The notes below the pieces were generated by a model. That model was not told where the DNA came from. It ran no database searches and worked only from the letters and a program-made list of their open reading frames with translations. Source: an uncultured Alistipes sp. (GTDB taxonomy: Bacteria > Bacteroidota > Bacteroidia > Bacteroidales > Rikenellaceae). From it: a DNA stretch of 41,539 bases. Shown here piece after piece: positions 26,522 to 36,198 of the stretch (positions within the stretch are counted from its first letter, which is position 1; each line of letters starts with the position of its first letter). A program made the translations under genes and the position numbers. Location: the NCBI GenBank assembly GCA_937889065.1, contig CALAQA010000103.1:1-41539 (forward strand). The letters are read 5' to 3'.

Positions 26522-29500
26522 ATGAAACAAAGATTACTCTTTATCGTGCTCCTTTTGTGGGGCGCAATGGGCATCGCAAATGCCCAAAACATCATCGTGA
26601 AAGGTACGGTGAAAGACGCTACCGGCGAGACGGTTATCGGTGCAACGGTTGTCGAGAAGGGCAACACGGGCAATGGTACCTCGACGGGCGTCGATGGTGA
26701 TTTCCAACTGACTGTTCCCAAAGGTCAGTCGCTTCTGATTTCGTTTATCGGTTATGCTACGCAGGAGGTAACGCCCGTAGCCGGTGAGCACCTGGAGGTT
26801 GTTCTCGAGGAGGATGCTCTGAAGGCAGACGAGGTGGTCGTTATCGGTTACACCAGCGTAGTTCGTAAGGACCTGACCGGTGCCGTAGGTTCGGTGTCGG
26901 GTGCTGCGCTGGCTGCCGTTCCCGTAACGTCGGCTGCTGTGGCTCTGCAGGGTAAGATTGCCGGTGTACAGGTAACGTCGGTCGATGGTGCTCCGGGTGC
27001 CGACATCAACATCCGTGTACGTGGTGGTACGTCGGTGACGCAGACCAACGAGCCGCTCTACATCGTCGATGGTTTCCAGGTGGACAACATCAACGATATT
27101 CCCCCGACGGATATTACCTCGATCGACATTCTGAAGGACGCCTCGCTGACGGCCATCTATGGTGCCAAGGGTGGTAACGGTGTAGTTATCGTGACCACGA
27201 AGTCGGCCAAGACGGGCGACATCCAGGTGGGCGTGAATATGCAGCTGTCGGTAAGCCAGCTCTCGAAGGAGTTGGATCTGATGGATACCCCGCAGTTCGT
27301 AAACTACACCTACGACTGGGCCATCGGTACGAACAACCGCAGCACCTATGCCAAGCAGTTCCGTGCCAACTTCGGTAACCCGATGGACCTCGACATCTAC
27401 AACCGTGCCGTAACGCACGATTGGCAGGATGAGGTGCTGGGTAACACCCCCGTGAACTACTCGACCAACGTCACCATCGGTGGCGGTACGGACAAGTATC
27501 GTTTCAACATCTCGCTCACCCAGTCGGAGGATAAGGGTATCATCGAGGGCTCGGGCGTACGTCGTACGAACCTCAACATGAAACTTAACGCCGTGCTGGC
27601 CAAGAACCTGACCTTGTCGTTCAACCCCAAGATGCAGTATCGTCGCACGACGGGTGCCGGTGGTGACAACATAGGTTCGGGCGGTCTGATCGACGTACTG
27701 CGCTACCGTCCGACGAACGGTCTGCGCGAGTTCGCCTTCTGGGATCCCGCTACGGTCGATCCGGACGATGAGGCCATCTTCGAGTACACGAACCCCGTTT
27801 CGGATATCGAGTACAACACGCAGAAGCAGCACTCGTATGGCTACACGATGCCCGTGAGCCTGGAGTGGAAGCCCGTCAAGGGTCTGACGCTGCGCACCGA
27901 GGCTACGCACTATATGAACTTCTACGACAAGCACCGTTTCTGGGGTGCCATGACCGAAAAGGGTCAGTCGAACAACAAGTTGCCCGTAGCCCAGATCGAC
28001 AACACCCGCACGGAGCGTTACCAGTGGACCACCACGGCTCACTACGCCTTCACGGCCAAGGAGAAGCACAACTTCTCGTTCCTGGCAGGTTTCGAGCTTT
28101 TCAGCTCGCAGAAGCGTTCGGAGTCGGTTTCGGCCCGCTACTTCCCCCGCGACATCACGGCCGACAAGGCGCTGAACGATATGGGCTTCGGTACCCCCTG
28201 GACCTCGACCACGTCGCTCTCGACCCCGAACCGCACGATGTCGTTCTTCGGTCAGGCCAACTATAATTATAAACATAAGTATCTGCTCTCGGCTACGTTC
28301 CGTGCCGATGGTTCTACGAAGTTTGCTCCGGGCAACCAGTGGGGTTACTTCCCCTCGATTTCGGGTGCCTGGGTAATCTCGGAGGAGAACTTCATGCAGT
28401 CGCAGAGCGTGATCAACAACCTCAAGCTGCGTGCTTCGATCGGTATCTCGGGTAACAACAACATCAACGACGATATGTGGCGTTTCCTCTATACCGTGAA
28501 CTCGACGGGTGGTCCGGGCTTTGGCGAGGCTACCGAGAACGGCGAGTCGTGGTACGCCAACACGGCCGATGGTAAGACCTATCCCAACCCCAACATCAAG
28601 TGGGAGAAGACGCTGACGCGTAACGCTGCGTTGGATATGGGCTTCTTCAACGACCGTCTGACCATCACCCCCGAGGTTTACTGGAACACGACGAGCGACC
28701 TGCTCTACTGGTCGGACGTGCCGACCGTATCGGGTTACCAGCGTCAGATTCGTAACATCGGTCAGGTGACCAACAAGGGTTTCGAGCTCTCGATTACGGG
28801 CGACATCCTGCGTGGTAAGGACTATGTGCTGACCGCTACGGCTTCGTTCGGTATGAACAAGCGTAAGATTGACAAGCTCAACGATACGGACGACGTGATC
28901 TGGGATCAGGACGATAAGTGGAAGTCGAGCTACAACGACTACTGCCTCAAGGTGGGTGAGGAGACCGGTTTGATCTACGGTTTCGTATATGACGGCCTCT
29001 ACACGATGGATGAGTTCGATTTCGACCCCAACCAGAACTTCCTCGCCGTTCCGAAGGAGGGCACCGTGATCAACACCGTATTTGGTGACTCGAACACGGG
29101 TGTTCCTACCCTGCCCGGTAAGATTAAGTTCAAGGATCTGAACAACGACGGTCAGATTGACGAGAACGACCGCACCGTGATCGGTAACACCAACCCCAAA
29201 TTCCAGGGTGGTTTCGGTCTGAGCGGCCGCTGGCGCAACTTCGACTTCACGATGAACTTCAACTATATGTTGGATTTCGACATCAACAACGCTATGGCCT
29301 ACACGCTCTCGTCGGCCGAGGGTAACGCCAATAACTTCTACAACGTCCTCTCGAAGTTCCACGGCAACCGTTGGACCTACTTCAACCCCGAGGATGGTGA
29401 CAACCTCTACCAGTGCTACTGGGTGGACGACACCGTAGAGCGTTATGCCGCTGCCAACGCCAACGCTACGCTGTGGAACCCTGCTGACGTTACGAATAAG

Positions 29501-29767
29501 GTGACGCACTCGTACTTCATCGAGGACGGCTCGTTCCTGCGCTGCCAGGACATCACGATTGGTTACACGCTGCCCACCGAGATTACCCGCAAGTGGAGCA
29601 TCTCGCGTCTGCGTTTCTACGCCAGCGCCACCAACCCGTTCATCATCACGAACTATTCGGGTTACGACCCCGAGGTCGATATTCAGACCGACCTCACCTG
29701 CGGTATGGACTACAACCGCTACCCGCGTAGCCGCACGTTCGTATTCGGTGTAAACCTTACTTTCTAA
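26522..29767 (+). CDS. susC: SusC/RagA TonB-dependent transporter
   Basis: Signal peptide, N-terminal extension, EVVVIGY, PLYIVDG, DILKDAS.TAIYGA.G.NGV, RADGS.KF, WEKT, EDGSFLR, C-terminal Phe. Confidence 0.97.
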   Translation: MKQRLLFIVLLLWGAMGIANAQNIIVKGTVKDATGETVIGATVVEKGNTGNGTSTGVDGDFQLTVPKGQSLLISFIGYATQEVTPVAGEHLEVVLEEDALKADEVVVIGYTSVVRKDLTGAVGSVSGAALAAVPVTSAAVALQGKIAGVQVTSVDGAPGADINIRVRGGTSVTQTNEPLYIVDGFQVDNINDIPPTDITSIDILKDASLTAIYGAKGGNGVVIVTTKSAKTGDIQVGVNMQLSVSQLSKELDLMDTPQFVNYTYDWAIGTNNRSTYAKQFRANFGNPMDLDIYNRAVTHDWQDEVLGNTPVNYSTNVTIGGGTDKYRFNISLTQSEDKGIIEGSGVRRTNLNMKLNAVLAKNLTLSFNPKMQYRRTTGAGGDNIGSGGLIDVLRYRPTNGLREFAFWDPATVDPDDEAIFEYTNPVSDIEYNTQKQHSYGYTMPVSLEWKPVKGLTLRTEATHYMNFYDKHRFWGAMTEKGQSNNKLPVAQIDNTRTERYQWTTTAHYAFTAKEKHNFSFLAGFELFSSQKRSESVSARYFPRDITADKALNDMGFGTPWTSTTSLSTPNRTMSFFGQANYNYKHKYLLSATFRADGSTKFAPGNQWGYFPSISGAWVISEENFMQSQSVINNLKLRASIGISGNNNINDDMWRFLYTVNSTGGPGFGEATENGESWYANTADGKTYPNPNIKWEKTLTRNAALDMGFFNDRLTITPEVYWNTTSDLLYWSDVPTVSGYQRQIRNIGQVTNKGFELSITGDILRGKDYVLTATASFGMNKRKIDKLNDTDDVIWDQDDKWKSSYNDYCLKVGEETGLIYGFVYDGLYTMDEFDFDPNQNFLAVPKEGTVINTVFGDSNTGVPTLPGKIKFKDLNNDGQIDENDRTVIGNTNPKFQGGFGLSGRWRNFDFTMNFNYMLDFDINNAMAYTLSSAEGNANNFYNVLSKFHGNRWTYFNPEDGDNLYQCYWVDDTVERYAAANANATLWNPADVTNKVTHSYFIEDGSFLRCQDITIGYTLPTEITRKWSISRLRFYASATNPFIITNYSGYDPEVDIQTDLTCGMDYNRYPRSRTFVFGVNLTF

Positions 29768-29787
29768 TCGACTAAAAAGAGAACACT

Positions 29788-31836
29788 ATGAAACTGAGAA
29801 AGTTATTTATCTTGGCTCTTGTCGCGTTCGGTTTCGCTTCGTGTAGCGATTATTTGGAGGTTGATTCACCCTCGAAATACGACGACGAGTATATCTTCAC
29901 GAAAGCCTCTGAGATAGACCGTGCCTTGAATGGCGTCTATGCACAAATGCTCAGTGGCAATACCTATGGTAACTATTATCTGGCAAACCTCTGCCTCAAC
30001 AGCGATGTTGATATGTGGGCTTCTGCCACGGAGACTGCCACCGACGATAGCTACCGTCGTTTCGACTCGACGCCGCGCGGCTCGGCCGGTTCAAAGGCTT
30101 GGAACGATGCCTTCAAGGGTGTCGAGTACGCCAACAACTTTATCGCAAAGCTCAAAAACAGCCCCCTGTACATCAACTGCGAGGACGAGGACGAGAAGGC
30201 CGAGTTGGATCAGATGATGGGTGAGGCCAAAGTGCTTCGTGCCATTTTCTACCACGATTTGGTAGTGCTGTGGGGCGATGTTCCTTTCTCGCTGGAGCCT
30301 GTTTCGGAGGCCGACAACAACGAGGACCTGCTGCTGCCCGTTACCGATCGTACGGCTATCCACGACGCCCTGATTGCCGACCTGAAGGAGGCATCGGAGA
30401 AGATGCAGTTCGCCTCGGAGATCAAGAATGGCGTGGAGCGTATCTCGAAGGAGGCCGCCTGGACGATGATTGCCCGTATGGCACTGACGGCCGGCGGTTA
30501 CTCGCTGCGTCCCGACAAGGCCAACCCGGCCAACTACGGTACGATGGAGCGCCCCGCCAACTACAAGGAGTACTACGCTACGGCGATGGAGTATGCCGGC
30601 AAGGTGATTGAGTCGGGTACGCACACCCTGGCCAAGGCCTACAACATGGTCTTCATCGACGAGTGTAACTACATCGTAACGAGCAACGACGACCCCATCT
30701 TCGAGATTCCCTTCGCACAGAAATCGACCGGTTCGATTGGTTACATTCACGGTCCTTCGGGTGCCGTTTATGAGGGTGTATCGGTGGCTCCCAACATTTG
30801 GGGTGCCTCGAACGGTGGTGCTTGCCTGAGTGCCTTCTACCGCTTCTTCTTCGACGAGGGTGACAAGCGTCGCGATTTCGTGAATGGTCTGTGGGACTAC
30901 ACCTACGATGGTATCCCCAACCTGCGTAACCACCTGACGGTTCGTAACAACAAATGGTCGAAGTTCTGGGGTCCGTCGTTGGGTCCCGAGACGAGCGGTA
31001 GCACGGGTATCAACTATCCGCTGATGCGTTATGCCGATGTGCTGCTGATGTATGCCGAGGCTGCCAATGAGGTGAACGAGGGTCCGACCGCCGAGGCTGT
31101 CGAGGCACTGCGTCAGGTACGTATGCGTGCCTTTGGCGATGCCGAGAAGGTGGAGAGCTACCTGGCAGCTGTTCAGGGCTCGAAGGAGGAGTTCCTGAAG
31201 GCCGTTCTGGACGAGCGCAGATTGGAGTTCGGTGGCGAGAATATGCGTTGGCGCGACCTGGTTCGCAACAACCTCTACAGCGAGGCTATTGCCTACTCGT
31301 TCCTGCGCTACTACAGCGTAGCCGAGTCGATGTCGGGTGGTGGTTCGGATTGGACTGCCAAGGTTGCCGAGTACGATGGCAAGGAGGAGACCTTCTGGGA
31401 GTCCATTCCTTATCGTATCTACTTCAAGCCGACGACGGTGGAGAATGACGGTGTAACGCACACGAACAACAACCCGAAGAATGTGGATATCTATCCCAAT
31501 ACGACGTTGGATGTCATCGAGTTCTATCCGAATTGTCTCTACGAGTCCGAGGTGAATACGGGTCAGTATGCAGGTTATGAGTACGCCGACTTCTTTATGA
31601 ACTCGTCGTGGTACGATGAATCGATCGGCCGTCCGAGCAACAACATCTGCTACTCGTTCTTCGGCTTTATGCGCATTAACCCGAGAGGTATCATTCAGCT
31701 CGTTCGCAACGGTGTTGAGGAGCCCTTTACGGCTGAAAGCTTCAACAACCTGCCCGTTGTTCGCTACATTTTGCCGTACCCCAACGACGCTATCCAGCGC
31801 AGTGGCGGTGTGTATAAGAATTACTATGGTTATTAA
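29788..31836 (+). CDS. susD: SusD/RagB glycan-binding lipoprotein
   Basis: Lipobox FASC-SDYL; GEAK.LRA.FY..LV..WGDVP, MRYADVLLMYAEA, ERR.EF.GE..RW.DL.R. Confidence 0.96.
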   Translation: MKLRKLFILALVAFGFASCSDYLEVDSPSKYDDEYIFTKASEIDRALNGVYAQMLSGNTYGNYYLANLCLNSDVDMWASATETATDDSYRRFDSTPRGSAGSKAWNDAFKGVEYANNFIAKLKNSPLYINCEDEDEKAELDQMMGEAKVLRAIFYHDLVVLWGDVPFSLEPVSEADNNEDLLLPVTDRTAIHDALIADLKEASEKMQFASEIKNGVERISKEAAWTMIARMALTAGGYSLRPDKANPANYGTMERPANYKEYYATAMEYAGKVIESGTHTLAKAYNMVFIDECNYIVTSNDDPIFEIPFAQKSTGSIGYIHGPSGAVYEGVSVAPNIWGASNGGACLSAFYRFFFDEGDKRRDFVNGLWDYTYDGIPNLRNHLTVRNNKWSKFWGPSLGPETSGSTGINYPLMRYADVLLMYAEAANEVNEGPTAEAVEALRQVRMRAFGDAEKVESYLAAVQGSKEEFLKAVLDERRLEFGGENMRWRDLVRNNLYSEAIAYSFLRYYSVAESMSGGGSDWTAKVAEYDGKEETFWESIPYRIYFKPTTVENDGVTHTNNNPKNVDIYPNTTLDVIEFYPNCLYESEVNTGQYAGYEYADFFMNSSWYDESIGRPSNNICYSFFGFMRINPRGIIQLVRNGVEEPFTAESFNNLPVVRYILPYPNDAIQRSGGVYKNYYGY

Positions 31837-31856
31837 TAGATAAGCGACTGAAAGCT

Positions 31857-34094
31857 ATGAAAAAGTTATCATTATATCTTTTATTGGCACTCTTCGCCCT
31901 GCCGTTTGCCGCTTGTTCGAACGACGACGAGCCCGGTGTGGATGAGGGTGTTACGGAGCGTGAGTTTATGACGATGTTCCGCAAAGACCACAACACCAAC
32001 AAGGGTGATAGTGAGCCTTACGCCTGCGGTGTAAAGAACTTGAACGACATTCAGCTCTATTGGTACGGTGTGCATGGTTGCGCCGGTTATCAGATTCGTG
32101 TTGCGCTGCAGCCTAACGTGTCGGGCGGTGAGCAGGCTTGGGAGGAGTCGGCTGCCACGGGTAAGTTGGTATTCGATACCATCGTAGGCCCCGAGGTGTT
32201 GGAGCTTCTTGTGAAGGACCTGGAGTATGCTACCTCGTATCGTTTTGCCATCCGTACCCTTTCGACCAAGGGTGATGGTTACCACTCGAAGTGGTATGGC
32301 TACGGCGACGGTCGCCACTGGGCCGATTGGGCCGGTTGGGATACGGGTGAGCGCTACCTCACCCCGCTGATGCTCAACATCAACAAGATTACGAAGACCT
32401 CGTTCCGCGTAAACTTTGACCGTGTATATGCTACGGCCGGTGACGATGCCAACGGCACGATGAAGGAGAATTTCGAGGTGGATGCCGACGGCAACTTCGT
32501 ATTCCACTACCTGACCATCACCCCTTCGCCCACCAACCCCGATGCCGTTATCGACGGTAAGTGGAAGAAGTACTATGTGTCGGCCGAGGAGCTGGCCCAG
32601 GGTTATGTAGATGTAGAGGGCCTGTCGGAGAACAGTGTGTATGTGGTGAAGGCCGTAAACGAGAACATCGACGTATTTGTGGATGCCGTTTACAATACGG
32701 TAACACCTCGTACGGATGGTACGCCGGGTGATCCCGTGCTCCTGAAGTGGGACGAACTGTACATCCAGAACGACTCGGTTCCCGGTGCCAACGACTACAA
32801 GGCTGCCCGTCTGGATGAGTGGCTCGTAAACTACACGTCGGATGCCACGATGGCCGAGGGTTCGATCTTCTACCTGGAGGGTGACAAGAACTACTACTTC
32901 CACCAGAACCCCACGCTGTGTAAGGGCTTTACGCTGGCTACCAATCCGGAGGATATCAAGGCCGGCAAGGGCAAGGCATCGGTATTCCTGGGTGGTACGG
33001 CTGTGGTAGGTAACGCTCCCAACTCGTGTAACTTTATGTTCGGTCGCCAGCCCCAGAGTGGTGAGGGTGATGCCGAGATTAACGTTAAGTCGGTAATCTT
33101 CGAGGACATCAACTTCGACTGCCCCGAGGCCAAGAACTTCGGTGACGGCGCCGGTACGGGTAACTACTTCGCCAATATGTACTCGAATGGTATGGGTGTG
33201 GTATTCTCGTCGTTCGAGGCTCGCAACTGTACGTTCCAGCGCATGGTACGTGGTTTCGTCCGTGTACAGGGTGCCAAGCGTAAGGTGTTCGAGAATATCA
33301 TTGTCGAGAACTGCGTATTTGTAAACTGCGGTTACTACGATAATGGTGGATCGGGTTATTGCTGGATCGATAGCGATGGTAAGACCCCGAAGTCGAACGT
33401 ATTTACCAATACCGTATTCCGTGGTAACATCTTCTACGATTCGCCTCGTCGTGCCATGTTCCGTGACAACAATGCCAACCTGGCTTGGCCGGAGAATGTG
33501 AGCTACCACATTACCCTGGAGAACAATACGTTCCTCAACTTCTCGACCCGCGACAAGCGTTATCTGTTCGATCTTCGCAACGTACCTTCGGGCAGTTCGT
33601 TCACGGTGAAGAACAACCTCTTCGTGATGGCCAAGAAGAGCGGCGATGCTCGTAACATGAATATGGCCGGTATGGATATTCGTGCCGTCAATGGTGCCGG
33701 TCAGCAGATCAGCTTCGACGTAATCGACAACTATTGCTCGGCAACCGAAACCGACAAGCAGAAGGACGACGGTATCTTTACGGCCGGTGCCTTCTCGGCC
33801 AAGAAGAACTCGGCAGGTGCATTTGTGAACTACCTGCCCGGTGTGCTGAATGGTGCCGATGCGCTAGTTACGAAGCACACCCGCACGGCCGACGGTGCCA
33901 TCCTCGACCCGACGCAGATCTTCGTAGATCCGTGTCCGCCGCACGTAACGGGTGATGCAACCGGTACGGATCAGCCCGAAATGCACGAGCGTGATATGGA
34001 TGACATGTTGCGTGGTATGAAGTTCCAGAACAATGCCGCTGTAACGGGCGCAGAGTTCTATCAGAAGAAGGTAGGTGCTCCGATGCTCTACTAA
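31857..34094 (+). CDS. Surface lipoprotein (probable surface glycan-binding protein; Fn3-like plus beta-helix-like regions)
   Basis: Lipobox FAAC followed by acidic SNDDE; repeated F.NC.F / I.ENC.F / L.NNTF beta-helix-like motifs; directly downstream of susD. Confidence 0.8.
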   Translation: MKKLSLYLLLALFALPFAACSNDDEPGVDEGVTEREFMTMFRKDHNTNKGDSEPYACGVKNLNDIQLYWYGVHGCAGYQIRVALQPNVSGGEQAWEESAATGKLVFDTIVGPEVLELLVKDLEYATSYRFAIRTLSTKGDGYHSKWYGYGDGRHWADWAGWDTGERYLTPLMLNINKITKTSFRVNFDRVYATAGDDANGTMKENFEVDADGNFVFHYLTITPSPTNPDAVIDGKWKKYYVSAEELAQGYVDVEGLSENSVYVVKAVNENIDVFVDAVYNTVTPRTDGTPGDPVLLKWDELYIQNDSVPGANDYKAARLDEWLVNYTSDATMAEGSIFYLEGDKNYYFHQNPTLCKGFTLATNPEDIKAGKGKASVFLGGTAVVGNAPNSCNFMFGRQPQSGEGDAEINVKSVIFEDINFDCPEAKNFGDGAGTGNYFANMYSNGMGVVFSSFEARNCTFQRMVRGFVRVQGAKRKVFENIIVENCVFVNCGYYDNGGSGYCWIDSDGKTPKSNVFTNTVFRGNIFYDSPRRAMFRDNNANLAWPENVSYHITLENNTFLNFSTRDKRYLFDLRNVPSGSSFTVKNNLFVMAKKSGDARNMNMAGMDIRAVNGAGQQISFDVIDNYCSATETDKQKDDGIFTAGAFSAKKNSAGAFVNYLPGVLNGADALVTKHTRTADGAILDPTQIFVDPCPPHVTGDATGTDQPEMHERDMDDMLRGMKFQNNAAVTGAEFYQKKVGAPMLY

Positions 34095-34113
34095 TCTCTG
34101 CACATACCACTTT

Positions 34114-34144
34114 AGGAGGCTGTCCCGTTGGGGCAGCCTCCTTT
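34114..34144 (+). terminator. Intrinsic terminator of the susCD unit
   Basis: AGGAGGCTGTCCC-gtt-GGGGCAGCCTCCT-TT. Confidence 0.85.
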
Positions 34145-34237
34145 ATTATTATAGGTGCAAGCGGTACGGTTGAGGCAGCAAGGAAAACTTTTTTTGATTT
34201 TTTTGCCGTTTTTTATTGTGGTTTCAAAAATTATCTC

Positions 34238-34245
34238 TACATTTG
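34238..34245 (+). promoter_or_regulatory. -7 box of the tRNA promoter
   Basis: TACATTTG about 30 nt upstream of the tRNA. Confidence 0.6.
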
Positions 34246-34274
34246 CACACCCAAATGGGAAAACGACCTAAAAA

Positions 34275-34361
34275 GGAGAGATGCCGGAGTGGTCGATCGG
34301 GCCGCACTCGAAATGCGGTGAACGGGCAACTGTTCCCAGGGTTCGAATCCCTGTCTTTCCG
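34275..34361 (+). tRNA. tRNA-Ser (anticodon CGA)
   Basis: Acceptor stem GGAGAGA/TCTTTCC; anticodon arm CCGCA-CT-CGA-AA-TGCGG; long variable arm; T arm CAGGG-TTCGAAT-CCCTG; discriminator G; CCA not encoded. Confidence 0.96.
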
Positions 34362-34379
34362 CACCCTATATAAATAGGT

Positions 34380-34421
34380 ATAGAGACGCCAATGTTCATC
34401 ACTGGCGTCTCTATTTTTTTT
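34380..34421 (+). terminator. Terminator after the tRNA (probably also serves the convergent aminopeptidase)
   Basis: ATAGAGACGCCA-11 nt loop-TGGCGTCTCTAT followed by a T run. Confidence 0.85.
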
Positions 34422-34422
34422 A

Positions 34423-35724
34423 TTACTTCAAGTTGAAGAAGGTGGTAAAAGCCTTGCACACGTACTCTTGATCGGCCACGGAAGCGGTCTCGCGCACGGA
34501 GTGCATGCCCCACATGGGGTTGCCCATGTCGACACCCCGCATGGGGAGTTGCGAGGTGAGGATATTGCCCAGCGTGGAGCCACCTGCCATGTCGGAGTGG
34601 TTGACGAAGTACTGGCAGGGAACCTCAGCCAAGCGGCATATCTCGGCAAAGACGGCGGCCGACTCAGCGTCGGTGACGTACTTCTGGTTGGCATTGATCT
34701 TGATGACGGGGCCGCCTCCCATGACGGGATGGTTGGTGGGGTCGTGCTTGCCGGGGTAGTTGGGGTGCAGGGCGTGGGCCATATCGGCCGAAATCATGAA
34801 GGAGTGCTCGAGGGCACGGTAGAGACCGTCGGCACCACATCCGTCGTTGATGACTACACGCTCGAGGAGGTTGCGCAGCACGGGTGAGGCAGCTCCCTGC
34901 TTGGTGCCGCTACCGGTCTCCTCGTTGTCGAAGACGCCGAGCACCTGGGTCATCGGGGTGGCTTCGCTATGGAGCAGGGCATAGAGGCCTGCGTGTACCA
35001 TGGCCAGGTCGTCGAGTCGGCCACAGGAGATGAACTCGCCATTGAGGCCCACGAGTTCGGCCTTGTGGGTATCGTAGAGCGAGAGGTCGAAGTCGAGGAT
35101 ATCGACCATGGATACGCCCAGTTCCTCGGCGATGACCTTGAGCAGGAGGTTGTCGGCCTCAAGCTTGTCATTGATGATGCCGATGACGGGGAGCATGTCG
35201 ACCTGCTTGCTGAGCTTGTTGCCCTCGTTGACCTGACGGTTGAAGTGGATGGCCAGATGGGGTATGATGAGCAGGGGACGCTCGATCTTGAGACGGCGCA
35301 CCTCGGGCTTCAAGGGGTTGGCGGTGCGCAGGAGCACACGGCCGGCGAGCGAGAGGGGACGGTCGAACCATGTATACAGGATGGGGCCACCGTAGACCTC
35401 GGTATTGAGCTTCACCACGCCACCCTCGGTGTACATCTCGGCAGCGGGCTTCACACGGAAGCAGGGCGAGTCGCTATGGGCGCAGATGAGCTTGAAGCCT
35501 GCCTCGGCAGGATGGGCGGTGCCCATACGGAAGGCAAACACAGCGGAGTTATTCTTGGTCACGAAATAGCCCTTGCCGGGAACCAGCATGGGGAAGGGCT
35601 TGCCGGCATCGAGGTGGGTGAAACCGGCAGCACGAAGCTGTTTCTCGACATAGTCTGCGGCAAGGAAGTTGACAGGCGATGCATCGAGCAGGGCCATCAG
35701 TTGGGTTGCAATGTTATTGTCCAT
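34423..35724 (-). CDS. M18 family (aspartyl-type) aminopeptidase
   Basis: AHSDSP, EVYGG...TWFDRPL..AGR, RLDDL, FDNEE.GS, SADMAH..HPNY, GGSTLG, MHS.RE. Confidence 0.95.
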   Translation of the reverse strand: MDNNIATQLMALLDASPVNFLAADYVEKQLRAAGFTHLDAGKPFPMLVPGKGYFVTKNNSAVFAFRMGTAHPAEAGFKLICAHSDSPCFRVKPAAEMYTEGGVVKLNTEVYGGPILYTWFDRPLSLAGRVLLRTANPLKPEVRRLKIERPLLIIPHLAIHFNRQVNEGNKLSKQVDMLPVIGIINDKLEADNLLLKVIAEELGVSMVDILDFDLSLYDTHKAELVGLNGEFISCGRLDDLAMVHAGLYALLHSEATPMTQVLGVFDNEETGSGTKQGAASPVLRNLLERVVINDGCGADGLYRALEHSFMISADMAHALHPNYPGKHDPTNHPVMGGGPVIKINANQKYVTDAESAAVFAEICRLAEVPCQYFVNHSDMAGGSTLGNILTSQLPMRGVDMGNPMWGMHSVRETASVADQEYVCKAFTTFFNLK

Positions 35725-35761
35725 AATAATAGTATAAATGAATTTCTTTATTGTATAGGGA

Positions 35762-35769
35762 CAAAGATA
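35762..35769 (-). promoter_or_regulatory. -7 box of the aminopeptidase promoter
   Basis: TATCTTTG on the minus strand, 37 nt upstream of the ATG. Confidence 0.6.
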
Positions 35770-35933
35770 CGAATAAACGAGCGAGAAATATCAAGTTTGC
35801 TTGAATATTTATCCCAGCGAGTAAAAGTATCTTCACAATTTATGGTAAAGATAGTAATAAACGGGCAAATAAAAAGGGCTAAGAGAAGAAAAGCTTGATT
35901 TTAGAGAACAATATAGCTGTTGTCCAACACGCA

Positions 35934-36028
35934 GTTTGTCATGCTGAACATCGTGAAGCATCCCGCGCTGGGACTTTGCGAGAGACACTGAGAGATCCTT
36001 CCGCCGCTACGCTTTGTCAGGATGACAC
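35934..36028. repeat. REP/MITE-like palindromic element, copy 1
   Basis: TGTCATGCTGAAC..GAAGCATC ... GATCCTTC..TCAGGATGACA terminal inverted arms. Confidence 0.75.
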
Positions 36029-36198
36029 CATCGCGGGTGAATTTGCTTTCTTGGATAACATCTATGTTATTGCATAGTTTTATTAGCAATTTACGATGTA
36101 CAATTTATTTTCCGATGGTATAATTTGACAATTTTGTCATCGCGAGTAAATTGCAGAATAATCAAATTGTAAATCAATAGTAAATAGTAAATTTCAAT

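Noticed and set aside
26534..29509. 991-aa antisense ORF opposite susC (also 4604-6421, 2563-3609, 30091-31461, 31881-33509, 37494-38561)
   Set aside because: Shadow frames produced by strong codon bias in the real genes; no recognisable motifs, and each overlaps a well-supported CDS almost entirely.
34362..34422. Prophage or ICE integrated at tRNA-Ser
   Set aside because: No integrase, no duplicated tRNA 3' end seen in the window, and the downstream genes are housekeeping.
36085..36198. AT-rich short repeats (GTAAATA-like) upstream of murG
   Set aside because: Only 2-3 degenerate units of low complexity; no defensible function.
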